Shown in pieces: positions 49,426 to 59,750 of a stretch of 64,000 bases of DNA; positions within the stretch are counted from its first letter, which is position 1, and each line of letters begins with the position of its first letter. The translations under genes and the position numbers were made by a program. Origin of the DNA: Myxococcota bacterium (GTDB lineage Bacteria; Myxococcota_A; UBA796; CAJQPC01); NCBI GenBank assembly GCA_036012755.1, contig DASCPX010000059.1:1-64000 (forward strand), in the 5' to 3' direction. A model generated the notes under the pieces. That model made no database searches and was not told the DNA's origin. It saw only the letters and a list, made by a program, of their open reading frames with translations.

Positions 49426-50990
49426 AGCACCTCGAGCTGTCGCTGCTGTTCGTCCTCCCCGTGCTCTGGGTGACCGGAGCCGGCTCGGCGGCCTTCGGCC
49501 CCTTCTCGGTGGACCTCGCGGGCCACCTGTGGATGGGCTGGCACGCCTCTCGCGAGGGGCTGACACACACGGAGCTCCTCGCCGCCCCGGACGGAGTCGA
49601 GCTCCTGCCCGTCCTCGGTGGCTGGCTCGACGTGTGGCTCGTGGGTCGCCTCCACGCGCTGGGCGTACCGCTGGAGCGGGCCTACGACCAGGTCGTCGGC
49701 TTCTACGTCCTCGTGGCCGGTTTGGGCGGAGTCGTGCTCGCGCGGGCCTGCGGAGCCGGTCGCGCGGCGCTCCTGGCCGGAGTGCTGCTCCAGTGCGATG
49801 GCTTCCTGCTCGAGCACCTGGGCGCCGGACGCCCGGAGCAGGTCGGTATCGGTTTCGTGGCCCTCGCCCTCGGTGCCGGTGGGCTCGCGCTGCGCGGACG
49901 CCTCCATCCCGGGCTCTGCGGGCTCGCGGGCGCGCCGCTGTTGTTCGTCAGCTGGGAGCTCAGCCTGCTCACGGTCCTCGCGCTCGCTTGGATGCTGCCC
50001 TTTGTCCGTCCGATCCCCTGGAAGACGCTCGGCATCGCGGCGCTCACCTGCGCAGTGCTCGCCGGTTGGTGGGTGGTCTTCTTCCTCCTCCACGCCGGCG
50101 AGGTCCGAGCCCTGGACGAGGGGGACTTCGCCCTGGAGACCGCGCGCAGCGCGAGCGTGGGGCTCCTCGGCTGGTTCGGTCCGGGCACCGTGCGTCCGGG
50201 CTGGCTGGCCCTGGCTGCGATCCCGCTGGTGCTCCGCGGGCGAGTCGGGCTCGGCGTGGCCGCGGGCCTTGCCCTCACCCTGCTGCTCGCCGCTGGCCCG
50301 GGTCCAGGTCTGCTGGAGCCTGGAGACGGCAACTGGGGGCCCTTCGCCTGGCTCCAGCGGCTCCCGGTGCTGGGCTGGTTCCACTGGCCGGACCGTCTGC
50401 TGGTGATCTGGAGCCTCGCCGCTGCCACCTGCTGCGCCCTCGCCGTGGAGCGGCTGCCCAGGCTCTGGATGGCCCTCGCGGCCGCCGGCGTGCTGGTCGG
50501 AGACGCCCTCATCGAGCAGCAGGACCGCTGGCCACGCGGCATCTTCGCGCTGCAGGATCACCCGGGATCCGCCTGGCTCGCCGAGGGAGAGGGCGTCGTC
50601 CTGGATCTGCCGATCCAGCCGGAGCCGCAGAACCACTTGCGGTACATGCTCCTTCAGGTGCAGCACGGACGACCCATCGTCTTCAACATGGTCCTCGACC
50701 ACCTCAGCGACCCGACACTCGCCAGCCGCGTCGACGCCGATCCGGTGCTGTCCTGGTTCCGGACGCTGATGGACAGGGACAAGCCCGAGGCGGTGGTCTT
50801 CGACCTCGAGGACTTCTCGGGACTGCGAGCCGACGGGGTCCGAGACATCGTGCTTCATCGGCAAGGCTGGCCTCCTGACCGCTGGCAGCTCGCCTCGGTC
50901 GTGCTGGAGAAGAGCCTCGGCGAGCCCGAGATGCGGGTCGGCCCCGAGTGGACGGCGTGGAGCCTCTCAGTCGCGCCGGCGCCAGACTGA
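49422..50990 (+). CDS. Polytopic membrane protein (GT-C/YfhO-like)
   Basis: 'GHLWM.W', 'APDG', 'LAAGP', 'WPDR', 'VLDLP...QVQHGRPI'. Confidence 0.65.
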   Translation: MKHLELSLLFVLPVLWVTGAGSAAFGPFSVDLAGHLWMGWHASREGLTHTELLAAPDGVELLPVLGGWLDVWLVGRLHALGVPLERAYDQVVGFYVLVAGLGGVVLARACGAGRAALLAGVLLQCDGFLLEHLGAGRPEQVGIGFVALALGAGGLALRGRLHPGLCGLAGAPLLFVSWELSLLTVLALAWMLPFVRPIPWKTLGIAALTCAVLAGWWVVFFLLHAGEVRALDEGDFALETARSASVGLLGWFGPGTVRPGWLALAAIPLVLRGRVGLGVAAGLALTLLLAAGPGPGLLEPGDGNWGPFAWLQRLPVLGWFHWPDRLLVIWSLAAATCCALAVERLPRLWMALAAAGVLVGDALIEQQDRWPRGIFALQDHPGSAWLAEGEGVVLDLPIQPEPQNHLRYMLLQVQHGRPIVFNMVLDHLSDPTLASRVDADPVLSWFRTLMDRDKPEAVVFDLEDFSGLRADGVRDIVLHRQGWPPDRWQLASVVLEKSLGEPEMRVGPEWTAWSLSVAPAPD

Positions 50991-52577
50991 CTGTCGCTCC
51001 CCCTCCACGACGAGGTCGTGGGTGTCGGAGAGCGATGCCCGGACGGCCCCGACGGTGTCGATGCGGTCCTCGAGCAGCACCAGCAGCGGCGGGGCGTGGT
51101 CCTCGTCGAGTCGGTCCCGACTTCGGTACAGCTCGATGCCGACGGGGACATCGCCCGCCTCTGCCAGCCGCAGCGTCAGCCCCAGCGAGGGGGCCGTGGC
51201 GCCGGTCGCGAAGTCGTAGCCGATCGGCTGGTCGGCGAGGCCAGCGAGCAGCATGCTCTCGCCGAAGCCGACCTCGGGCTGCCAGGCCGGCGGGTCTCCG
51301 CTCGGGAAGATGGAGAAGGGGTCGTCGATGGCGTCCACCACGACCTCGTCGAAGGGCTGCTCCACCGAGGGGAGCTCGAAGCCGCGCTTGAGGACGAGGG
51401 GCTCCGCGAGGGCGAGGATCGCGCAGGCCACCGCCCAGGCTCTGTAGCGGTCTATGACCAGGCCCAGGCCGACCGCGGAGCTCAGGATCCACGGCACGAG
51501 CAAGCGGGTGGGATTGCTGAGGAAGTCTCCCCCCACGAGCCAGGACAGCGGCGCTTGGATGTCGCCGGGGCGCCCGAGCTGGCGCAGCAGCATCGGGATG
51601 CCCGGACCCAGAGCGAAGAAGACGAGGGCCAGGATCGACCATGGCCGGGAGCGACGGAAGCCCAGGCCCACGAGGGCCGCCAGGGCCACCAGCCAGCCAG
51701 GTTGCCAGCGGGCCATCGAGCGCAGCCAGGCTGGCGGGGGCTCGGCGGCGATGGCACCACCGGTGGACGGGCGGCGAGCCACGACCTGGCCGGTCGAGGG
51801 CGACACGAGCTCGCCGGGGTGGAGGGACCAGCCGTGACTGTGGACCTCTGAGAGGCGTCCGTCGTCGCCCCGCTCGGTCAGCCAGATCGGGGCGATTGCC
51901 ACCGCACAGGCGACCGCTGCGACACCGGCAAAGGCCAACCAGCGGCGCCAGGCGCGCCACGTCCAAGCCGCAGCGCAGAGGCATCCGATCGCAAGGTAGA
52001 TCGCGAAGTATGGGCTGCTCGCGGCTGTGGCGAAGACTCCCAGGCCCGCCAGCGCGAGGTCCCGACGCCGGCCGCTCGCGTGCCACCGGACCAGGCCGGC
52101 CACCGCCAGCGCGGCGATGCCGACACAGCTCACCTCGACGATGGCGTCGCCGAGGTTGGTCAGCAGAAAGGGAGAGAGCTGGACGACGAGACCGGCGGCG
52201 AGGGCCCCGGGCCGACCGCCGCCGCAGACCCGGACGAGCAGGTATGGGCCGACCCCGCTGAGGACCAGCAGCACCAGCGCGAGCACGCTCAGGCCAGCGA
52301 TGGCGCCCAGGGTCAGGCTGAAGGGGAGCTGGACGAGGTCCAACAGCGGCGCCACCGGCCAGAAGCCACGGCCATCGGGCCAGTTGATGAGATCGGCGTG
52401 GCCGACCGGTGCCTCCAGCCGCAGCCACCGAAGGAGTTGCAGGTGGCCGAAGAGCTTGCGAGTGGCCTCGCCGTATGGCCCGCCGAGCATGCGGCCTGGT
52501 GCCAGAGCGCCGCGCAACAGCGCCAGCGCGGGCAGCAGGTAGAGGGCCCAGGACAGGCGCTGGAGCTTCACGCGCAT
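50967..52577 (-). CDS. Polytopic membrane protein related to 49422..50990
   Basis: 'WPDG', 'SPYF', 'ALGP', 'NPTR'; same topology, convergent orientation. Confidence 0.65.
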   Translation of the reverse strand: MRVKLQRLSWALYLLPALALLRGALAPGRMLGGPYGEATRKLFGHLQLLRWLRLEAPVGHADLINWPDGRGFWPVAPLLDLVQLPFSLTLGAIAGLSVLALVLLVLSGVGPYLLVRVCGGGRPGALAAGLVVQLSPFLLTNLGDAIVEVSCVGIAALAVAGLVRWHASGRRRDLALAGLGVFATAASSPYFAIYLAIGCLCAAAWTWRAWRRWLAFAGVAAVACAVAIAPIWLTERGDDGRLSEVHSHGWSLHPGELVSPSTGQVVARRPSTGGAIAAEPPPAWLRSMARWQPGWLVALAALVGLGFRRSRPWSILALVFFALGPGIPMLLRQLGRPGDIQAPLSWLVGGDFLSNPTRLLVPWILSSAVGLGLVIDRYRAWAVACAILALAEPLVLKRGFELPSVEQPFDEVVVDAIDDPFSIFPSGDPPAWQPEVGFGESMLLAGLADQPIGYDFATGATAPSLGLTLRLAEAGDVPVGIELYRSRDRLDEDHAPPLLVLLEDRIDTVGAVRASLSDTHDLVVEGERQSVWRRRD

Positions 52578-52659
52578 CAAGTGCGAGAGCGTAGCCGTCT
52601 CGGGCCTGGCCGTGAATGATCCTCGGGCGCGGCTACACTCATGGGACAAAGGAGAGCGC

Positions 52660-53718
52660 ATGATCCTGGCCCTCGCGATGCTCCTCGGCACTGCACGTGC
52701 GGAGGAACCAGCCCCGCCAGCCCCGGCAGAAACGTCGTCGTCGCCACAGCCCACGGCGGCGACCTTGTCCCTGGGCGACGAGGAGCGCGAGGGGCTGCGC
52801 GAGGCGCTCGGGGCGGTCTCGGAGCTTCGCGGCGAGCAAAGGCGCGACGCTCTGCTCCAGCTCCTGGACGACGAGTCCCTGTCTCCGGCGCAGAAGGCCG
52901 CCGTGTCTCGTGCATTGGGGGCGGCGTGGGACGACGAGGCGCCCTTCAGCTCGGTCATGGCCGCTGCGATGCGGGACAAGCGCTCCAAAGGGGACAAGGA
53001 GCGTGCGCCCAGCGTGGTGCAGCTCACTCCAGAGAAGCTCACGAACGTGCGCGAGTATCAGCGTCGGCGGATCATGATCCGCCAGGAGACAGAGATCCGC
53101 GGCGGGGGCACCAGCGTCGTCTCGAGTCCTTGGGCCAACCCCTACAGCGTGACTCCGAGCCAGGTCGTCCAGGACCCCATCTACACCGTACAGGGCTGGG
53201 GCATCTACCAGGGCAGTCGGCGCCTGAGCGTGCCGGAGTACCTGGGCGTCATCGACAGCGCGCAGATGCAGCAGTACCTCGAGGACGACATCCTGCGCCT
53301 GAACCGCACGAGCAAGGCGCTGTATGCCTTCGGCGGCCTGGGCGTCGCCGCCACGGTCGTCGGCGTGATCGGCATGAACGCTGCCAGGCAGCAGAACGAC
53401 AGCGATCTGTGGCTGATCTTCTTCGCCACCGCCGGCGGAGGCGTCGCGACCATGCTGACCGGCTTCGTCGGCGGCTCGATCCCGGCGTCGAAGGCCACCC
53501 GCGTCGAGCAGGACCCGGAGTACACCTTCACCCCCGAGCAGGTCCGCGAGGGCATCGACGGCTACAACGACGAGCTCAGGCAGGAGCTGGAGCTGAGCCC
53601 CGAAGAGGTCCTCTTGATCGAGGCAGCCGGCAGCGGGGCCAACGTCCAGCCCTACGTCGTGCCGACGGCCACACCCGGGGGGCTCGGCCTGTCCCTGGGC
53701 GTCGGGGGCAGCTTCTAG
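52660..53718 (+). CDS. Hypothetical exported/membrane protein
   Basis: SD AGGAG; MILALAMLLGTARA; two TM-like helices; C-terminal 'GLSLGVGGSF'. Confidence 0.7.
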   Translation: MILALAMLLGTARAEEPAPPAPAETSSSPQPTAATLSLGDEEREGLREALGAVSELRGEQRRDALLQLLDDESLSPAQKAAVSRALGAAWDDEAPFSSVMAAAMRDKRSKGDKERAPSVVQLTPEKLTNVREYQRRRIMIRQETEIRGGGTSVVSSPWANPYSVTPSQVVQDPIYTVQGWGIYQGSRRLSVPEYLGVIDSAQMQQYLEDDILRLNRTSKALYAFGGLGVAATVVGVIGMNAARQQNDSDLWLIFFATAGGGVATMLTGFVGGSIPASKATRVEQDPEYTFTPEQVREGIDGYNDELRQELELSPEEVLLIEAAGSGANVQPYVVPTATPGGLGLSLGVGGSF

Positions 53719-53730
53719 CGGCCTGCTAGC

Positions 53731-54741
53731 TCAGAGGTCCCGGACGCAGCGGAAGCCCAGGCCGTTGCTGGTCGCGTCGGAGGGCTCGAGGAAGCGGGCG
53801 TAGGTGTTGTCGAAGGGACTGCCGAGGGCGAAGCTGCCACCTCGCGCGATCCGGGCCAGGGTCTCCCTGCCGGGGAACTTGGTCAGCTCGGCGTCATCCT
53901 CTGTGGCGCAGGGATCCTCGTCGGGCCCCTCGCTGTAGAAGCTCCCGTTGTACCAGTCCGCGACCCACTCCCCCATGTTGCCGGTCATGTCGTGGGCACC
54001 GTAGGGTGAGACCGAGTCGGGGTAGAGGCCGACGGGGAGCGTGTCCCCGATGCACATGTCGCGATCCTCCGAGATGTTGGCGTCTTCGCAGCCGCTGGGC
54101 CCCTCGCCCCAGGGATACTCACGCCCGTCGTCACCGCGGGCCGCCTTCTCCCACTCCGCCTCGGTCGGAACGCGCTTGCCGACCCATTCGCAGTAGGCGT
54201 CCGCAGAGTGGGACCACACCTCGGCGACCGGGTGGTCCTCGAAGCCCTCCATGATCTCGAAGGAGTCCCCCAGATCCAGGATGCGCTCCGGGAAGGTGTC
54301 GTCGTCGTCTTCGAAGTCGTAGAGCGGGAGGCCCTCTTCGGTCTCGTTCCAACGGCCCGCCTCCGCTTCGGCCTCCAGGAACTCTACGAAGTCGCTGTTG
54401 ACGACCTCGTACACGTCGACGCAATAGCCCGAGACGTAGATGTCACGGCGTTCTGGCTGCTCGATGTCGACGAGCATGTCGCCGCTGGCAGTGACGACGT
54501 CCGGGTGGCCACGCAAGAACCAGCCCTCGGGGACGAGCCGCTCGGTCAGGGGGGTGACGGCGGGATCGCCATCATCGCAGTCCACCAGGGCGGCATCCTC
54601 GTCCAATGCGTAGTAGCCGTCACCGTCGGCGTCGATCCTGCTGTCGTCGATCCCGCTGTCGTCGACGACAGCCGTTGGGCCTGCCCGCTGAGGTCGGTCC
54701 ATGTACGTCGGGGAGGCGCAGCCCAGGATGAGAATAATCAT
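53731..54741 (-). CDS. FGE-sulfatase (SUMF1) domain lipoprotein
   Basis: MIILILGC; 'DADGDG...DCDD'; 'RVPTEAEWEKAARG', 'YPWG', 'SPYGAHDMTGN..EW', 'GFRC'. Confidence 0.88.
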   Translation of the reverse strand: MIILILGCASPTYMDRPQRAGPTAVVDDSGIDDSRIDADGDGYYALDEDAALVDCDDGDPAVTPLTERLVPEGWFLRGHPDVVTASGDMLVDIEQPERRDIYVSGYCVDVYEVVNSDFVEFLEAEAEAGRWNETEEGLPLYDFEDDDDTFPERILDLGDSFEIMEGFEDHPVAEVWSHSADAYCEWVGKRVPTEAEWEKAARGDDGREYPWGEGPSGCEDANISEDRDMCIGDTLPVGLYPDSVSPYGAHDMTGNMGEWVADWYNGSFYSEGPDEDPCATEDDAELTKFPGRETLARIARGGSFALGSPFDNTYARFLEPSDATSNGLGFRCVRDL

Positions 54742-54769
54742 TATCGAAGAGGTACATTTATCATTATTC
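54727..54769. promoter_or_regulatory. Fur-like box(es)
   Basis: GATGAGAATAATCATTATC (54727-54745) matches GATAATGATAATCATTATC at 16/19; a second partial site TTTATCATTATT lies at 54757-54768. Confidence 0.7.
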
Positions 54770-55678
54770 GAAGGTCTCGATCACTAGAATCCGGGCACCG
54801 TTGACGAGGTCTCGACCTGACAAGGGACGCCGCCCCGGGAGTTGACCTTCGACGACCTCGATCGCATCTCTGTGACAAGCGATGACGAGTCGGCTCCCCG
54901 CCTCCAGGATCTCGCCGGGGGTCCCCCGACCCGAGATGACCCTGCTCCGCTTGATCTTGAAGGGCTCGCCGCGGAATGAGAGCGCCGCCCCGGGCCAGGG
55001 CTGGAGAGCGCGGACGTGGTCGTGGACGCGCTGAGCCTCCTGCCCGAGATCCAGGCGGGCGTCCTCCTTGGTCAGCGGTCTCGCGTGGGTCGCGGCGGCG
55101 TGGTCCTGGGGCACGGGAGTCAACGTCTCCAGGGTCTGCAAGGTCTGGACGAGGACCTCTGCGGTGAGGGCGGCGAGCCGGAGAGCGAGCTCCGGTTGCT
55201 GCTCGTCTGGCCCGATGGTGAGGCTCCGGGACAGCAGCACGTCTCCGGTGTCGAGTCCCGCGTCCATCTGCATCGCGCACACGCCGGTCTCGGTGTCCCC
55301 GCTCCACAGGGCGTGCTGGATGGGGGCCGCTCCTCGCCATCGGGGGAGGAGGGAGCCGTGGCCGTTGATGCTGCCCAGACAAGGCGTATCGAGGACGGCC
55401 TGCGGGAGGATGCGCCCGTAGGCGACGACGACAGCGACGTCGAGGTCGAGGGCCCCGTAGTTCTGCGGGAAGGGGCCGGATCGGAGGCCCCGAGGCTGGC
55501 GAGTCCGGATGCCGAGCTCTCGGGCGCGCACGATCGTGGGGGGGCTTCCGACCTTGCGCCCTCGACCCGAGCGTCGGTCGGGCTGGGCGACGACGGTGAC
55601 CACCTCGTGCCCGGCCTCGACCAGGGCATCGAGGGTGGGCAGGGCGTAGGCGGGGGTTCCGAAGAAAGCGACCTTCAT
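54764..55678 (-). CDS. fmt: Methionyl-tRNA formyltransferase
   Basis: 'FFGTP', 'QPDR', 'VVAYGRILP', 'HGSLLPRWRGAAPIQ', 'MDAGLDTG'. Confidence 0.96.
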   Translation of the reverse strand: MKVAFFGTPAYALPTLDALVEAGHEVVTVVAQPDRRSGRGRKVGSPPTIVRARELGIRTRQPRGLRSGPFPQNYGALDLDVAVVVAYGRILPQAVLDTPCLGSINGHGSLLPRWRGAAPIQHALWSGDTETGVCAMQMDAGLDTGDVLLSRSLTIGPDEQQPELALRLAALTAEVLVQTLQTLETLTPVPQDHAAATHARPLTKEDARLDLGQEAQRVHDHVRALQPWPGAALSFRGEPFKIKRSRVISGRGTPGEILEAGSRLVIACHRDAIEVVEGQLPGRRPLSGRDLVNGARILVIETFE

Positions 55679-55697
55679 TGGCCGCTGGCCCTAACCT

Positions 55698-56252
55698 CTA
55701 CCAGTACTCGGCGTGCTCCTCGGCATCGCGGCGGATCTTCTTCACCCTCTTCAGGTACCGGGTCTTCTTGAGCCGGCTGACCCGGTCCAGGAGCGTGATG
55801 CCCTCCAGGTGATCCAGCTCGTGCTGGACGATGATCCCGGGGTAGTCGCTCACGTCGAAGCTGTGCTTGCCGCCGTAGGGATCGCGGTGCTCGATCGTGA
55901 CGTAGCGCGGACGCTCGAAGTACTCCCAGAACTCGGGCACCGACAGGCAGCCCTCCTCCCACCGGAACATCTCCTTGCTGCGCATGGAGATGCGCGGGTT
56001 GACCATCAGGATGAGGCACTCGCCCTTTTTGCGGATGCCGTCCTCGTCCCGGTCCGCTGTCAGGTCGACGACCACCAGGCACCGCAGATCCCCTACCTGC
56101 GGTCCCGCGAGGCCGACGCCGGGGGCGGCGTACATGGTCTCCGCCATGTCCCGCATGCGCTGCTCCAGGTCGGCTCCGAACTCGTCCTCTCGCACGGCCC
56201 GCGCCTTCTGGTGCAGCAGCGGGTTCGGCTCCATGAGGATCGGGAGGATCAT
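55698..56252 (-). CDS. def: Peptide deformylase
   Basis: 'GVGLAGPQ', 'EGCLS', 'QHELDHL'. Confidence 0.97.
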   Translation of the reverse strand: MILPILMEPNPLLHQKARAVREDEFGADLEQRMRDMAETMYAAPGVGLAGPQVGDLRCLVVVDLTADRDEDGIRKKGECLILMVNPRISMRSKEMFRWEEGCLSVPEFWEYFERPRYVTIEHRDPYGGKHSFDVSDYPGIIVQHELDHLEGITLLDRVSRLKKTRYLKRVKKIRRDAEEHAEYW

Positions 56253-56278
56253 GCGCTCATCCTAAGGTCCTGGCGCCT

Positions 56279-57754
56279 TCACGACACCAGCGACACCGCC
56301 CGGTGGGCGAGGCCGTAGATCGTCTCGCTGGGGTTCACCCCGAGCGCGGTGGGTAGCACGGAGCCGTCGACGACGTAGAGGTTCTCGAAGCCGTTGACCT
56401 TGTAGTCGGGGGTGACCACACCCTTCGCCGGGTCGCTGTCCATGCGGCAGCCCCCCATCTGGTGGGCAGAGAAGATCGAGTGCCTCAGGGTGCCGTAGTC
56501 GGCCTCGGAGAGACGGGCGAGGTCGGCTTCGGTCCGCAGGGTGACCGGCTCGGGGTGCAGCGTCGAGGCCTCTTTCACGCCAGCGGCGAGGTGGATGCGT
56601 GCCATGGCGACGTGGGCATCGCGCATGCCCGCGGCGAGCTGCTCGGAGATGGGGTAGTCGACTCGCGGCCGCCCGTCGGCGCGGACGCTCACGGTGCCGC
56701 CCCGGGTCCCGTCGTGGAAGCCGTCGGCGAAGATCGACAGGATCGAGCAGACGTGCGGGAGCTGGGCCATGAACTCGCGCTGCATCGTCCCGAAGCCGAG
56801 GAAGCCCGCGCTGGCGAGCATCGGCTGCAGCGGGGGCACCTCCATGAACCATCCGACCATCTCGCCGCGATCGATGAACTGGTGGCTGCCGATCGACTGG
56901 GGAGCGCCATGCCAGCCGGCGATGCGCTCGGTGTAGAGGCCGCCTACCGCCACGACCGGGTGGAGGTAGGTGTTCTTGCCGACGAGCCCGTTCGGGTCGA
57001 TGTCGTTGGCCAGCAGCAGGCAGGGCGAGTTGATCGCGCCGCCGCTGACGACGACAGTGGTGGCGCTGACGGTCACCCGGTGGCCGTTGCTGCGGCCGTG
57101 GACCTTCGACACCTTGCGCCCATCGTGCTCGAGCCCGACCACCTCGCACTCGCTCAGCAGCGTCCCGTCCGCATCCAGCAGGTCTTGAATCGTGGTCACC
57201 AGCATCGCTTGCTTGGCGTCGTAGGGGCAGCCGAGGCCGCAGTAGCCGCTGTCCGCGCAGCCGCGCACGTTTCGGCGCAACCGCCCCCACTCCCACCCGA
57301 GGGCCTCGCAGCCTCGCCGGAGGACCTCGTTGTTGTTGTTGTTGATCGGCCACTGGGCGATGCCGAGGCGGGCCTCGACGGCCTCGAAGTGGGGATCGAG
57401 ATCGAGCTGGAGGCCGAAGTTCGCGGCCCAGAAGTCCCGAACCCTCTGCGGCGTCCGGAAGCAGGTCGTCCAGTTGATCGTCGTGCCGCCACCCACGCTC
57501 CGTCCCTGCAGGATGGCGACGCTGGCGTCGGCCGTCGCTCGCAGGAAGCGGTCCTGGTAGAGCATCGGGTAGGCCTCGCCCTCCTTCTGGGAGAAGTCGA
57601 GGCGCGTTGCGTATGGGCCGGCCTCGAGCACGACGACGGACAGCCCCTTCGCCGCGAGCCCGGCAGCGAGGACCGAGCCCCCGGCGCCGCTGCCGATGAT
57701 GCAGACATCCGCTGTGAGATCGAGGTCTTCCTGGGTGCCGCGGTAGAGGCTCAT
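56279..57754 (-). CDS. GMC-family oxidoreductase
   Basis: 'IIGSGAGG', 'GRSVGGGTTIN', C-terminal 'SAHQMGGCRM', 'GVNP'. Confidence 0.92.
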   Translation of the reverse strand: MSLYRGTQEDLDLTADVCIIGSGAGGSVLAAGLAAKGLSVVVLEAGPYATRLDFSQKEGEAYPMLYQDRFLRATADASVAILQGRSVGGGTTINWTTCFRTPQRVRDFWAANFGLQLDLDPHFEAVEARLGIAQWPINNNNNEVLRRGCEALGWEWGRLRRNVRGCADSGYCGLGCPYDAKQAMLVTTIQDLLDADGTLLSECEVVGLEHDGRKVSKVHGRSNGHRVTVSATTVVVSGGAINSPCLLLANDIDPNGLVGKNTYLHPVVAVGGLYTERIAGWHGAPQSIGSHQFIDRGEMVGWFMEVPPLQPMLASAGFLGFGTMQREFMAQLPHVCSILSIFADGFHDGTRGGTVSVRADGRPRVDYPISEQLAAGMRDAHVAMARIHLAAGVKEASTLHPEPVTLRTEADLARLSEADYGTLRHSIFSAHQMGGCRMDSDPAKGVVTPDYKVNGFENLYVVDGSVLPTALGVNPSETIYGLAHRAVSLVS

Positions 57755-58293
57755 CGGTCGGCTCCGATTGCGGTCGTCAGCGCGGAGAGATCCGGCGGGC
57801 CGGGGTAGCCGATGCCCTCCCAGAGGGACTCGTTCGCCCAGTAGGTCCCGGTGCAGAGACCGGTGAGCGCCTTGTAGACGGTGCGGCGGGTCTCCAGCGA
57901 GGAGTCCGACCAGTCTGCCCAGATCTGGTCCTGGACCTCTGGAGGGGAGGCGGTGAAGGTGTCGTACCGACCGTCGAAGAGGAGCGCCGCGAGCGCGTTC
58001 TCTACGAGCAGCAGGGCCTGCTTGATCTCCATGGCGATGCCGGGATGTGCCGAGGCCAACAGCGCGTCGATGTGCTCCGCGACCTCGAGCTCGTGAGCTG
58101 GCGGGAAGCCCTCGCCACTCGGGGCCACGCGATCCGCGATGGCGGCGAGCACCGAGTACTCGGTCTCGCTCAGGACCTTCAGCGCGTGAGCAGGCGTTCG
58201 AAGCCGACTCCCGCGCAGCGCCAGGCCCCCGCAGGCGAGCAGGGCGGCGCCACCGAGGCCGAGGCCGAGCAGGGATCGACGGGACAGACTCAT
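57751..58293 (-). CDS. Tat-exported gluconate 2-dehydrogenase subunit 3-like partner
   Basis: SRRSLL twin-arginine signal; C-terminal 'IGYPGP'; coupled to the GMC gene. Confidence 0.82.
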   Translation of the reverse strand: MSLSRRSLLGLGLGGAALLACGGLALRGSRLRTPAHALKVLSETEYSVLAAIADRVAPSGEGFPPAHELEVAEHIDALLASAHPGIAMEIKQALLLVENALAALLFDGRYDTFTASPPEVQDQIWADWSDSSLETRRTVYKALTGLCTGTYWANESLWEGIGYPGPPDLSALTTAIGADR

Positions 58294-58334
58294 GCTTCGT
58301 GCCTCTAACGCCGAACTGCTGCTTGGAGGCAGGC

Positions 58335-58589
58335 ATGAAGGTCCTCATCGAGCACCGCCCCCACGACAAGGCGTTCATGGCCGAGCTCTGCGAGGCCGCC
58401 GTCGCGCTCTTCGGTCGTCGATATGAGACGAACGTCCTGGACTTCGACGGCCCCGTCGTCGAGCTGGTCTGCAGCTGCTGCAACCCGGGAGAGGCCAACC
58501 ACCCGGGCGCCTGGATCGACATGGACGAGGTGACCGTCGTCGCGCTGGGGGCCTTCCTTCGAGGCGTCGCCAGGAAGCAGGCAGCCTGA
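58335..58589 (+). CDS. Small hypothetical protein with CSCC motif
   Basis: SD GGAGG, ATG 58335, 84 aa. Confidence 0.55.
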   Translation: MKVLIEHRPHDKAFMAELCEAAVALFGRRYETNVLDFDGPVVELVCSCCNPGEANHPGAWIDMDEVTVVALGAFLRGVARKQAA

Positions 58590-58615
58590 GTCCTCCCTGG
58601 ACGTAGACTCGCCGG

Positions 58616-59739
58616 GTGGTGGACAGCATCCGCGTCTTGATCGTCGATGACGACCCCGACATCATCTTCTATGTGCGCGAGCTGCTGACCCCGCCGGGCT
58701 TCGACGTGGTCGCCGAGACCACCTCCGACGGGGGCCTCCTCCGGATGCTGGGCGAGCCCTGGACATCGTCCTGGTGGACTACCGCATCGACCGCCGGAAT
58801 GGCCTGGAGCTCGTGACAGAGGCGCGGGGTGGCGGCTTTGTCGCCCCCGTGCTGATGCTGACGGGCGCGGGCGGCGTCCAGGTCGAGCGGCAGGCCATGG
58901 AGCAGGGCCTGACCCAGTTCCTCGAGAAGCAGCAAATCACCGGCCCCAGCCTCGCCCGCAGCATCCGCTGGGCCATCGACCACGACCGCACGCTCAAGGC
59001 GCTCGCCCGGGCGAACACGCAGCTCGGGCGCCGCAACCAGGAGCTGCAGCGCTTCGCCGGGGTCGTCGGTCACGACCTCCGCGGACCCATGCACCGCATC
59101 GCGACCACGCTCGAGCTGCTGGAGCTGCGCTTCGCGGCGGAGCTCGGCGACGCGGGTGTCGCGATGATCGGGAACACCATCTACGCCGTCGAGGAGCTCG
59201 GACGGCTCGTGGACGACCTCATCTCCTACGCCAGGCTCAACGACGTCCGCTTCACGGAGGTCCACCTCGACGTCTGCCTCGGGCGCGCGCTGGAGACCTA
59301 CGAGGACAGCATCGTCGAGCGCGAGGCGCAGATCGATGTCCAGGTCCTCGGCCCTATTCGGGGGAGCCGCTCGCACCTCACCCAGCTCTTCCAGAACCTC
59401 GTCGGCAACGCGCTGAAGTTCAGTCCCCAACAGAGGCCGGTCCTGCGTGTCCGCAGCCGCGACGAGGGGCCCTACCGGGTGGTGGAGGTAGAGGACGAGG
59501 GCATCGGCGTCGCCCCCGAGCACCACGGGCGCATCTTCGAGGTCTTCCAGCGCCTCCACCGGGACGACGAGTACCCCGGCACCGGCATCGGGCTGGCGAC
59601 CTGCGCGAAGGTCGCGGAGATACACGGTGGGCGCATCGAGGTGGAGTCCCAGCCGGGCGAAGGCAGCATCTTCCGCGTGTACCTCGCTCAGAGGCCGCCC
59701 GAGCCACGCTCTCCGGGTACCTGGAGTTCGGCCACCTGA
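58616..59739 (+). pseudogene. Receiver-histidine kinase hybrid, frameshifted at ~58761
   Basis: 'VLIVDDD...LGEPW' continues as 'DIVLVDY' in another frame (TGGAC instead of TGGGAC); H-box 'GHDLRGP', 'QNLVGNALKF', 'DEGIG', 'GTGIGLA'. Confidence 0.8.
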
Positions 59740-59750
59740 TACCCTGAGGC

